A DNA stretch of 64,000 nucleotides from an uncultured Candidatus Saccharibacteria bacterium (lineage in GTDB: Bacteria > Patescibacteriota > Minisyncoccia > SW-4-49-11), in assembly GCA_964646465.1 (NCBI GenBank), contig CAZYEN010000029.1, positions 2,670 through 66,669 on the forward strand, written 5' to 3'. Below the pieces are notes generated by a model, which was given only the letters and a program-made list of their open reading frames with translations, was not told the origin of the DNA and did no database searches. Position 1 is the stretch's first letter. Each line of letters opens with the position of its first letter. The position numbers and the translations under genes are program-made. Shown here one piece after another: positions 1 through 8,368 of this stretch.

Positions 1-625
1 GTAGCGGAAAGGTTGAGGCTTGTACCATCGACTCCCAACCATAATAACTCAATATGCGAGGAGATGTAAAAGATTGTCTTACTTGTCTACTGCACAACCA
101 GAGCCCGAAATGTCTCCAATATTGGAAAAATTTGGGTATGGATGCAAACATGGTATCTCTTTCAGACATGAATATGGTGTTGAGATCTCCTACAATGATG
201 TCGTGGTCATTATCATTTAATATAGCTCTTAGCTCTCTTTCTCTTTTGACAGACGAATTAGCTTCTAAATATGTCACCGCTATCTTAACTCTATATATAT
301 CAAGGGAAACAAAGTTTCTATCCCCGTATAGGTTTTTAAGGGTACTAAATACAACCTCTTCAGGAATATCTTTTCTAACTAAGATGGCATAGTTCATATC
401 CTCTATATCTCCAAGAGGATACAATCCTTCCAATCTGTACTCTGGGAAGAGATGCTCAAATGTACCTTCCTGCCATTTATTCCAACCAAAAGCATCGATG
501 ATTGCCACCACTGATGGAGTAAAAAAATTTATGCATTCTGCGATTTGTCCTAGTCTTAGAGTATAGCCATAAATGTCTTTAATTTTGTAGTCTTTCTGAC
601 CTCCCTGGCAGATATTCCAAACCAT
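1..625 (-). CDS. Endonuclease/exonuclease/phosphatase (EEP) family protein, partial (C-terminus beyond window edge)
   Basis: My own minus-strand translation from the ATG (rc of 623-625) runs stop-free to position 1, more than 200 codons in ~30% GC DNA. The N-terminus reads MVWNICQGG and a later IIVGDLN motif is typical of the EEP fold. The ORF is absent from the track only because no stop codon falls inside the window. Confidence 0.55.
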   Translation of the reverse strand, partial: MVWNICQGGQKDYKIKDIYGYTLRLGQIAECINFFTPSVVAIIDAFGWNKWQEGTFEHLFPEYRLEGLYPLGDIEDMNYAILVRKDIPEEVVFSTLKNLYGDRNFVSLDIYRVKIAVTYLEANSSVKRERELRAILNDNDHDIIVGDLNTIFMSERDTMFASIPKFFQYWRHFGLWLCSRQVRQSFTSPRILSYYGWESMVQASTFPL

Positions 626-721
626 TAAGGTTAGAGAGTTTGTAGTGACCACTTGCAAAAGCTATAAAGAACATTATCTATATAACATATTTTAGCTATA
701 TTTGCAAGAGGGGGAGTAAAG

Positions 722-925
722 AAAAAACCCCGCTGCTTAGCGGGGTTGGATAGGTGTCCAAAGGCGTTCCAGCCATCTGGTACATTGCTCTGGGCTCATG
801 ATGAGCCAGAACCTGTCCATCTGGACAGGGGGGAGAACCACTGACTTCTCCCTATGGGGAGAGGAAGTTTCTGGTTGCTTGATCTCGAAAGAAATTTGAG
901 ACATTGTTTTATGTCTATTTTCAAT
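722..925 (-). ncRNA. Candidate structured RNA or cis-regulatory leader: GC-rich multi-hairpin transcript ending in an intrinsic terminator
   Basis: On the minus strand, a consensus promoter at 930-958 is followed by about 170 nt carrying at least four perfect 6-8 bp hairpins. Examples are cctgtcca-tc-tggacagg, ggctca-tga-tgagcc, cttctccc-tatg-gggagagg and ccag-atgg-ctgg. The region ends in the hairpin ccccgctaagcagcgggg plus a U6 tail (rc of 722-750). It is markedly GC-richer than its flanks. Confidence 0.35.
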
Positions 926-929
926 TACA

Positions 930-958
930 ATTATACCATAAAAACAGTGTTTTGTCAA
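930..958 (-). promoter_or_regulatory. Sigma-70-like promoter TTGACA-17-TGgTATAAT (extended -10), minus strand
   Basis: The rc of 953-958 is TTGACA. A 17-nt spacer follows, and the rc of 930-938 is TGGTATAAT. Confidence 0.4.
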
Positions 959-1010
959 CATATAGTGTCAAATATGAAAAATAAAAAGCCGTACAAATCA
1001 ATTGTGCGGC

Positions 1011-1796
1011 TTATAATGTTTTAGATGTGTTTTGTGAAGTCTGTGCTTCCAGACATTTTTTGAGGTTATTTAGTCTCCAATCAGCTATGTATATGAGTAG
1101 TCCGTAATTTATGTCATTATCTCGGTCTCTATGAGTTTTGTGTTTTCTTCTGTCTAACATTAAACTGGGGTTGCTCCATTCTTGAGTCAATATATCTAAA
1201 TCTATTGTGGTTATTTTGTTGTGTTGTGGTAGAAATCTCCTATTTAATAATATATCGAAATTAATTTTATATCTTAAGCAATATTCTTGTAGGTCTAGCT
1301 CGTGATACCCCCACCCTTTTACTCGTTTTATTTTTCTGATAGTTTGGTTTGATTGAATACAGATTAGATGAATATTTAGTTTGTCGGAGTATAGATTTTC
1401 TGATCTAAGTAAGATGTTAGATATTTCCTCTTTTGTACACTTGTCAAAAGATATATAAAGAATATTAGTGTCACGAATACATATTTTGGCTACATATATA
1501 TTGGGAGTTAGTTTCAATACTCTTATTTTGGCTGGAGATATGTAATAATCAGCAGTTGTTTTTAGAGTTGCTAGACAATACTGGTCATCACATATCCATT
1601 TTAGTTCATATTGATTCCTTATATCAATTATTTTTGTATCACCGGGTTTCGTATTTACAAATAAACAGTAAATTGGAGGGTCTTTTTGATCAAAAATGTC
1701 TTTAACATTTTGATTTCTTGGTAGTTTAGTTGGGTCAAGAATTAGCAAACTAAAGTATTCTGGTGATAAGGAGGTACTCATTTTGTAAAAGAACAA
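1011..1796 (-). CDS. Hypothetical protein
   Basis: A 261-aa ORF, AT-rich with no recognisable motif. The true start may be the internal Met (MSTSLSPEY). Confidence 0.45.
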   Translation of the reverse strand: MFFYKMSTSLSPEYFSLLILDPTKLPRNQNVKDIFDQKDPPIYCLFVNTKPGDTKIIDIRNQYELKWICDDQYCLATLKTTADYYISPAKIRVLKLTPNIYVAKICIRDTNILYISFDKCTKEEISNILLRSENLYSDKLNIHLICIQSNQTIRKIKRVKGWGYHELDLQEYCLRYKINFDILLNRRFLPQHNKITTIDLDILTQEWSNPSLMLDRRKHKTHRDRDNDINYGLLIYIADWRLNNLKKCLEAQTSQNTSKTL

Positions 1797-1898
1797 TTTG
1801 ATATTTTGATTATAACATATAATCTAATATCTTTAATATAAAATAAAAAGCCCACTCAGAATGTTCTGGGAGGGCTTTGGGTGAGTTAGGTTGGGCTA

Positions 1899-2666
1899 TC
1901 AAACTATAGCTTTAAAGCGAGGTCTTTTGCGCATTTTATTTATAAGCAGGCTAGAGGATAGGTACCAACAGTTCTCAAGGTGTTCGAGCTTAGTATCGAC
2001 AATATATATAATACACTTTGTGAAACTCCTATTTTGAAAATATCGAATTACTTCATCATTGAGCCGTTCTATGTTTCTTTCGGAAACAAAGTAATGTAAT
2101 CCTGCCTCATTCTCGTCGTGATGCTCAAAGTGTAGCCACTCCTGATAATCTCCTCCTTCATATTTTGTATTACAACTACAAATCATATCAAGGTCAGAGA
2201 CATTATAGTTTATAAGATTTAAGAAATCAAATACGTACCTTAGTTTTGTTATCTTCGGAATGTATAGTATCTTTAAATTTTTTAAATGTATTTCTAAAGA
2301 TTGCATTGGTCCCATCTTTAGCCTAGCAACAGGTGCATACCGTACATACTGGTTGTGGGGTTTATAGGAAGCTACACAATACTCTCCACACCATTGAATA
2401 TCCCATTGAATATCATAAAAATCAGTAATTTTATTGATGATTGGAGTTATTAAAAGTTTATTCCCGATAAAAATATAATGATTTACAGTATCTAGAGAAT
2501 TCTTATCTGGATCAGCCAATATATTGTTTGCAACCTCCTCCAACTCCTCTGCATAGAGTGGGAGTTGGACATTAATTATTATGGCCAACGAAGTGAGTCG
2601 GCGGGGTCTTACTCTTGGCTTTTCTCTGAACTTCATTTTAGTTCTCCAATTTTTGTGAAAGGGCAA
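1899..2666 (-). CDS. Hypothetical protein
   Basis: A 255-aa ORF with no recognisable motif. A -10-like TGGTATGAA abuts the annotated ATG, so the true start may be the downstream MKFREKP Met. Confidence 0.45.
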   Translation of the reverse strand: MPFHKNWRTKMKFREKPRVRPRRLTSLAIIINVQLPLYAEELEEVANNILADPDKNSLDTVNHYIFIGNKLLITPIINKITDFYDIQWDIQWCGEYCVASYKPHNQYVRYAPVARLKMGPMQSLEIHLKNLKILYIPKITKLRYVFDFLNLINYNVSDLDMICSCNTKYEGGDYQEWLHFEHHDENEAGLHYFVSERNIERLNDEVIRYFQNRSFTKCIIYIVDTKLEHLENCWYLSSSLLINKMRKRPRFKAIV

Positions 2667-2693
2667 GTTAATTCATACCATAAAAACAAGATG

Positions 2694-2713
2694 TTGTCAA
2701 ATTTCAGTGACAA
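2694..2713 (+). promoter_or_regulatory. Inverted repeat TTGTCA-N8-TGACAA in the divergent promoter region upstream of the ABC-2 exporter operon
   Basis: Perfect 6-bp arms are visible in the sequence, and an extended -10 TGTGGTATAAT lies at 2740-2750. The same ~45-nt motif block (ataccataaaaaca...ttgtcaa...agtg.caaata) recurs at 926-969. Confidence 0.3.
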
Positions 2714-2778
2714 ATAAAGTCTTATTTTAAGTATATTTTTGTGGTATAATGAATATATAAATTATAAAGTTTGCATTC

Positions 2779-3687
2779 ATGCCTAAAAAAATTTCTCTGG
2801 AGATTAAGAACTTATATAAAACTTATCAGGATGGAAAGGTAAAGGCTTTAAATGGCGTTGATCTTACTATTTATAAGGGGGAAATTTTTGGTCTTCTGGG
2901 GCCTAATGGAGCTGGGAAATCTACTTTGATTAATATTATAACTACTCTTGCTAATAAAACATCGGGTGATATTATAGTTAATGGTATTGATTTTGCAAAA
3001 TTTCCCTCAGAGGCCAAGACTTATCTCGGGGTGGTGCCACAGGAATTTAATTTTAATTGGTTTGAAAAGGTGGAAGATATTGTAGTTCAGCAAGCTGGAT
3101 TTTATGGGATGCCAGCGAGAGAAGCAAAAGAGCGGGCTGAAGTTTTACTCAAACGATTGGGTTTGTGGGATAAGAGGAATACAATCTCAATGAAATTGTC
3201 CGGAGGGATGAAGAGACGCTTGATGATTGTGCGGGCTCTGATTCATAAGCCTGAGATTTTGATACTAGACGAGCCCTCCGCAGGAGTAGATGTGGACTTG
3301 AGGCGAGAGATGTGGGAGTTTGTAAGAGAGTTGAATCAAGAGGGAGTGACTATTATCCTAACCACTCATTATTTGGAAGAGGCGGAGAATCTTTGTGATA
3401 GAGTAGGAATTATTAATAAAGGAAATATATTAGAAATAGGTACAGTCAAAGAATTATTATCTGAGCTTAAAAAAGATACTTTGGTACTGGATGTAGTGGG
3501 AGAGATAAGAGCTTTACCAGATAGGTATAGAATAGTTGAAGATGGTAGATTGGAGACAGATTTATTACAAGGAGAGGATTTATACAATGTTACAAATGAA
3601 TTACATAGCAAGGGGTTACAGGTGACGGGTATTAGGAATAAGACCAATCGTCTAGAAGAGGTGTTTATTAATAAAGTAAATCAATAA
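2779..3687 (+). CDS. ABC transporter ATP-binding protein (ABC-2/DrrA-like)
   Basis: Walker A GPNGAGKST, ABC signature LSGGMKRRL and Walker B ILILDEPSAGVD are all present. Confidence 0.9.
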   Translation: MPKKISLEIKNLYKTYQDGKVKALNGVDLTIYKGEIFGLLGPNGAGKSTLINIITTLANKTSGDIIVNGIDFAKFPSEAKTYLGVVPQEFNFNWFEKVEDIVVQQAGFYGMPAREAKERAEVLLKRLGLWDKRNTISMKLSGGMKRRLMIVRALIHKPEILILDEPSAGVDVDLRREMWEFVRELNQEGVTIILTTHYLEEAENLCDRVGIINKGNILEIGTVKELLSELKKDTLVLDVVGEIRALPDRYRIVEDGRLETDLLQGEDLYNVTNELHSKGLQVTGIRNKTNRLEEVFINKVNQ

Positions 3688-3688
3688 T

Positions 3689-4459
3689 ATGAAGGCTCCA
3701 GTTTTTACACCATTATATACGATTATCAATAAAGAAATGATTCGAATTTTTCGAATCTGGACACAAACATTATTACCTTCTGTTATTACTACGAGTCTTT
3801 ATTTTTTGATTTTTGGTTCTTTTGTGGGCTCTCAAATTAAGGATATTGAAGGTATTAGCTATATGCAGTTTATAGTACCTGGACTGGTGATGATGGCAAT
3901 TATTACTAATTCTTTTATGAATGTGGTAGGATCCTTTTTTGGAGCTAAATTTGGGAAAAGCATAGAGGAACTACTAGTATCTCCAACTCCAAACTGGGTA
4001 ATTGTCTGGGGTTATGTGATTGGAGGAGTGGTAAGAGGACTTGTAGTGGGAGTTTTGGTGCTGATTATCGCATTATTATTTACCAAGCTGACTATTATGA
4101 ATTTGTGGGCTGTTATTCTATTCTCAGTCTTAACGGCTGTAGTATTCTCATTAGGTGGACTTATGAATGCAGTTTTTGCTAAAAAATTTGACCATACAGC
4201 TATTGTACCGACTTTTGTACTAACCCCTCTTACTTATCTTGGAGGAGTGTTTTATTCGGTTAACGCTCTACCAGAATTTTGGCAAAATATCTCGAAATTT
4301 AATCCAATTCTATATATGGTAAATGGCTTTAGATTTGGATTTTTTGGAGTTACTGATGTCTCAATTACAATCTCAGTTGTAATCTTGGTGATGTTGGTCT
4401 TGATATTATCTATTACTGATGTAATTCTTTTGAGAAAAGGTGTGGGGTTGAGGAGTTAG
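3689..4459 (+). CDS. ABC-2 family transporter permease
   Basis: A six-TM hydrophobic profile, starting 2 nt after the ATPase stop in an operon arrangement. Confidence 0.8.
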   Translation: MKAPVFTPLYTIINKEMIRIFRIWTQTLLPSVITTSLYFLIFGSFVGSQIKDIEGISYMQFIVPGLVMMAIITNSFMNVVGSFFGAKFGKSIEELLVSPTPNWVIVWGYVIGGVVRGLVVGVLVLIIALLFTKLTIMNLWAVILFSVLTAVVFSLGGLMNAVFAKKFDHTAIVPTFVLTPLTYLGGVFYSVNALPEFWQNISKFNPILYMVNGFRFGFFGVTDVSITISVVILVMLVLILSITDVILLRKGVGLRS

Positions 4460-4479
4460 GGGGCGATAACATAATTATT

Positions 4480-4773
4480 ATGGAAACAATATATTTTATT
4501 TTAGTCTTATATACTATATTATTACCAATACCATTTGGCATATTTTGCATTATGTATACGATTAATTATAAAACTAAATATAAAAGTCAATTGTGGTGGA
4601 TATTAGGTCTTATTTGTATTTCTTATATACTTATGGCTATGGGAGGAATCATTAGCGATAATCTCGGTACAGATGGGGGGCAATTTAATTGGATTACTGA
4701 TATTATTATTACTATTAGCTATATCCTTGGATTTAGGTATCTATATAAAATAAAAAAATTAAGAGAAAAGTAA
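4480..4773 (+). CDS. Small hydrophobic membrane protein
   Basis: A 97-aa ORF with 2-3 predicted TM helices and no recognisable motif. Confidence 0.4.
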   Translation: METIYFILVLYTILLPIPFGIFCIMYTINYKTKYKSQLWWILGLICISYILMAMGGIISDNLGTDGGQFNWITDIIITISYILGFRYLYKIKKLREK

Positions 4774-4801
4774 AGTACTAGAAATACTTAGTAAATATTA
4801 A

Positions 4802-5146
4802 ATGAATATACTTAAAAATAACATTCTCACACTAACAATAATATTAGCGATAGCGATAATATTTTATTTTATTCCATTTATGTTTGGGCAATTCATATCT
4901 CCTTTTATAATTTTGATTGGGTTGAAAATGTCCCTACAAGCAAAAAGTTTAGATAAAATTATATTAGTTTTGGTGTCTATAGTATTTTATTGGTATTCTT
5001 TACAGATGATATCTTTAGAGATGGATCAATTAGATAATGTGATTGATAAAGAAGTACAAATTCCCACCAGTCAACTAACTCATAGTATTACAATATTTGT
5101 AGCTTGTTATGTAGTCGGTTTTGGGGCGATAAAAAGAAGAAAATAG
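4802..5146 (+). CDS. Small hydrophobic membrane protein
   Basis: A 114-aa hydrophobic ORF. Confidence 0.4.
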   Translation: MNILKNNILTLTIILAIAIIFYFIPFMFGQFISPFIILIGLKMSLQAKSLDKIILVLVSIVFYWYSLQMISLEMDQLDNVIDKEVQIPTSQLTHSITIFVACYVVGFGAIKRRK

Positions 5147-5147
5147 C

Positions 5148-5429
5148 TCACCCCTCCACTTTTTCAAATCTATTAACAATTTGTCCCTTTTCTAGTTGGA
5201 CGGGTGTATTCCAGCCATCCTCACCATTTACTTTTCTGACCCAGATTATTGAGTCGTCTAGACTTTGGTAAATTACTACAGGCTCTTCATCCCATTCTAA
5301 TAGGGCTAGATTGAGTACTTTGTAATGTTTTTGAGGACTTTTGTAATGATAATATTTAACTCCTATTTTTATATTATATTGCTCGAGATTTAATTTATCT
5401 AATAATTGAGTGGAGTCTGTATGTGCCAT
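5148..5429 (-). CDS. DUF1653-like small protein
   Basis: The pattern YYHYKSPQKHYKV...VVIYQSL...WVRKV...NRFEKV resembles the YrHYKG...VvYr...WvRP...RFe signature of DUF1653. Confidence 0.45.
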   Translation of the reverse strand: MAHTDSTQLLDKLNLEQYNIKIGVKYYHYKSPQKHYKVLNLALLEWDEEPVVIYQSLDDSIIWVRKVNGEDGWNTPVQLEKGQIVNRFEKVEG

Positions 5430-5480
5430 AGATTTTAAGTTTAGAATATACTTAATTATAGCATAATTATAGTCCCTCTA

Positions 5481-5511
5481 TATATAAATGCAAATGATTT
5501 GCATTTATATA
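5481..5511 (+). promoter_or_regulatory. Perfect 14-3-14 palindrome (tatataaatgcaaa-tga-tttgcatttatata), a candidate Zur/Fur-family operator
   Basis: The inverted repeat is seen directly in the sequence. It lies in the divergent intergenic region between the DUF1653 gene and the COG0523 GTPase gene, and COG0523 genes are classic Zur regulon members. Confidence 0.45.
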
Positions 5512-5527
5512 TATTCTTTGATATACT

Positions 5528-6631
5528 TTGAAAAGTAAATTAGATAATATTATGCAAGATAAGCAAACTAAACTTTTACCGGTGACGGTATTATCTGGAT
5601 TCTTAGGTAGTGGGAAAACCACTCTTCTTAATGCCATTCTCAAAAATAGGCAGGGTCTTAAGGTTGCTGTGATCGTGAATGATATGTCTGAAGTGAATAT
5701 TGATGCTGAATTGGTAGCTAATAATGAAGTCTCTCTAAGTCAGACTGAGGAAAAGTTAGTAGAGCTCAGCAATGGATGTATTTGTTGTACATTGCGGGAA
5801 GATTTATTGGTGGAGGTGAAAAAATTAGCTCAAGAAAATCGTTTTGATTATCTCGTGATTGAATCTACAGGAATATCTGAACCATTACCTATTGCTGAAA
5901 CTTTTACTTTTGATGATGAGTCTGGAGATATTTTGTCTAATTTCGCAAGATTAGATACTATGGTGACGGTGGTAGATACGGCTAATTTTATGAATTATCT
6001 TGCCTCAGAAGATCAGCTTAAAGATACTGATGAATCTCTTGGGGAAGAGGATACCCGAACCATTGTAGGACTCCTTACAGATCAAATTGAATTTGCTGAT
6101 GTGATTGTATTATCTAAAGTGGATTTGGTGGATAAGGGAACTGTGGGTACTATTCGAGGTATTGTAACCAAGCTTAACCCTGATGCCAGAATTATTGAAG
6201 CGGTGAAAGGCGATATTCCTCTTAATGAGATTCTCAATACCGGATTATTTGATTTTGATAAGGCTTCTCAAAATGTGGGGTGGCTCAAAGAGATGCGAGG
6301 AGAACATACTCCAGAAACTGAGGAATATGGCATTAGTAGTTTTGTCTATGAGTCCAAAAAGCCTTTTGATAGACAAAAGCTGATGGAATTATTGCAAAAT
6401 GGTACACTACAGGGCGTAGTCCGATCTAAAGGGTTTGCTTGGGATAATTCTGACCTTACGACAGCTTTATTATGGTCTCAAGCAGGGAATATTATCAATC
6501 TAGACCCGTATGGATATTGGAGTAAATCTAAGAGTGGGTATATTAAGGGGGAGCAAAAAATTGTCTTTATTGGAGCTAATATGGATAAAAAAGCTATTGC
6601 AGAAGCTTTAGATAAGTGTTTGGGGATATGA
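5528..6631 (+). CDS. COG0523 (CobW/YciC/ZigA-like) metallochaperone GTPase
   Basis: P-loop GFLGSGKTT, the CxCC metal motif GCICCTL, and a CobW C-terminal domain. Confidence 0.85.
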   Translation: MKSKLDNIMQDKQTKLLPVTVLSGFLGSGKTTLLNAILKNRQGLKVAVIVNDMSEVNIDAELVANNEVSLSQTEEKLVELSNGCICCTLREDLLVEVKKLAQENRFDYLVIESTGISEPLPIAETFTFDDESGDILSNFARLDTMVTVVDTANFMNYLASEDQLKDTDESLGEEDTRTIVGLLTDQIEFADVIVLSKVDLVDKGTVGTIRGIVTKLNPDARIIEAVKGDIPLNEILNTGLFDFDKASQNVGWLKEMRGEHTPETEEYGISSFVYESKKPFDRQKLMELLQNGTLQGVVRSKGFAWDNSDLTTALLWSQAGNIINLDPYGYWSKSKSGYIKGEQKIVFIGANMDKKAIAEALDKCLGI

Positions 6632-7461
6632 TTTTAGCATTTTTAGGTAAAGGTGGTAGTGGTAAGTCTTCTGTATCTGCTCAGATGTCCCTTTATCTTG
6701 CTTCTCAGAGGAAAAATGTATTGGCTATTGATGCTGATCATAATATGGATTTGTCATATAATCTGGAGGGAGAAGATATGATGTATTATGGAAATGCTTT
6801 AATGGATTTACAATTAGCAGTTGGTCTTGATAAAGAAGAAAAGTATTCAGCTGTATTTTTGCAGAATATAGTGAAACGATTTACTTTATCTCCATTATCT
6901 TCTGAAATTGAGAAGTATTCTATGAAGTTGGAGAATGGTATTCGATTGATGAGTGCTGGACCTCAAACTGATGATGTCCTGTATGGAAAAGCTTGTAGTC
7001 ATATTTTAACTACTCCATTAAAACTTCTTCTTCCTTTATTAGAGCTTCAAGAAAATGAGGTTGTGATAATTGATGAAAAAGCTGGAGCCGATGGAGTTTC
7101 TACAGGAATTATTACAGGGGTGGATATTGGAGTAATAGTTTGTGAACCAGCATTACATAGTATCAAAACTGCAAAGCAAATTGCAGAATTAATAAAATTT
7201 TATGAAACTCCTTATATGTTTGTAGGGAATAAAGTAACTTCAAGTGAAGACAAAAATTTTATTGAGGAAAGTTTGGGAGAGATTCCTATTGCTTACTTAA
7301 TGGAAAGTACGAATCTAAAAAGAAATCCCTCTCTCTTGGTTTCAGAGTGGAGTGATGAGCTGTCCATGATATTCGAACATGCACAAAAGATATCTCAGAA
7401 TAATCGTTTAGAAAGAACCATAAAGAAATTTCAACGAAATCAGAAATTTTCTCATAATTAG
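6628..7461 (+). CDS. CooC/MinD/ParA-family P-loop ATPase
   Basis: The deviant Walker A GKGGSGKSS is followed by AIDADHN. The start overlaps the upstream stop as ATGA (6628-6631), so the two genes are translationally coupled. Confidence 0.7.
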   Translation: MILAFLGKGGSGKSSVSAQMSLYLASQRKNVLAIDADHNMDLSYNLEGEDMMYYGNALMDLQLAVGLDKEEKYSAVFLQNIVKRFTLSPLSSEIEKYSMKLENGIRLMSAGPQTDDVLYGKACSHILTTPLKLLLPLLELQENEVVIIDEKAGADGVSTGIITGVDIGVIVCEPALHSIKTAKQIAELIKFYETPYMFVGNKVTSSEDKNFIEESLGEIPIAYLMESTNLKRNPSLLVSEWSDELSMIFEHAQKISQNNRLERTIKKFQRNQKFSHN

Positions 7462-7549
7462 TTGCCGTTACCAAAGAGCTCACGAGAATGGGTTCTTTGG
7501 TGATGGGAACATTACCAGGTTACAATCCCTTTACGGAGACTCACACATC

Positions 7550-8257
7550 ATGTGTAATGCACATTTCAATGAACATCTTGCTCCTCTTAATCGTCGGCAT
7601 TTGGAAGATGTTCAGACTTATTTTCCCTCTCAAGCTGAGTTTGCAGAAAAAGTCTTTCATGCGTTGATATCTAATTTGAATCCTCAGGTTAACCTTCTTG
7701 TTGCCTTTGTGGCTCTGAAGTATCAATATGATCTTGGTATGAGAGGTATTTTTGGAAGATTTGGCAGAGTGCTTTATGCTCCACTTTCTATCGTTGCAAA
7801 AACAGGCTCTCATGAATGGATTCGTTTCCGTCCCATCGTTGTGGAGGAACTTCACAAAAGTTTCCTTTCCCTTATGATGGCGAAAGAGAATCGTCTAGCT
7901 TTGGAGGGTGTGATGGGTGAGTATGGACTTACTCTATCGCAGAGACATTGCTGTGGCATTATCTTTGGAGAAAGTTCATCGGTATATCGCTTTGAGTCTT
8001 CAGATGAGTCAAAGTTGCGGAATGAAATGCGGAGTTATGCTGAATCAATGGGTATGCCTGTTAGAGTTGTAGAGTTTGATAATATCCCAAGTGAGAATAG
8101 TGATTTGGGAGTAGTTGAACGAGCATTTTATGATTTGTGCAGTGATGTGTTTGCTCGAATTGCATTGCAAGGATATGAATCTTATATTGATCCTCGGCAA
8201 GAATTGCTCTGGGATGAAATTGTTCTCTCAAAACCAGTTTTTATGAATACTTTGTGA
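7550..8257 (+). CDS. Hypothetical protein in a GC-elevated segment
   Basis: A 235-aa ORF. Sampled 60-nt lines here are about 38-40% GC, against roughly 28% in neighbouring genes. No motif was recognised. Confidence 0.4.
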   Translation: MCNAHFNEHLAPLNRRHLEDVQTYFPSQAEFAEKVFHALISNLNPQVNLLVAFVALKYQYDLGMRGIFGRFGRVLYAPLSIVAKTGSHEWIRFRPIVVEELHKSFLSLMMAKENRLALEGVMGEYGLTLSQRHCCGIIFGESSSVYRFESSDESKLRNEMRSYAESMGMPVRVVEFDNIPSENSDLGVVERAFYDLCSDVFARIALQGYESYIDPRQELLWDEIVLSKPVFMNTL

Positions 8258-8368
8258 GTTTGTACTCCATCAAGCCTGGCACCATGTGTTGGGCTTTTCT
8301 ATATTCAAAAAGATAATATTGTAGTACAATATATTTTAAATATTGTATCCCGAATCGATAAGAACAGA

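Noticed and set aside
20-392. Plus-strand ORFs 20-220 and 54-392
   Set aside because: They lie antisense to a 205-codon stop-free minus-strand ORF with EEP-family motifs, and they have no motifs or ribosome-binding site of their own.
737-961. 74-aa ORF on the minus strand
   Set aside because: Its annotated start lies upstream of the predicted transcription start. The internal 55-codon version lacks a ribosome-binding site and coincides exactly with a stack of perfect GC hairpins plus a terminator, so I favour a structured RNA. The ORF is kept as an alternative under the relevant finding.
7541-7855. 104-aa minus-strand ORF
   Set aside because: It overlaps the longer 235-aa plus-strand ORF. 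GC-elevated DNA carries fewer stop codons, so this is probably a shadow ORF.
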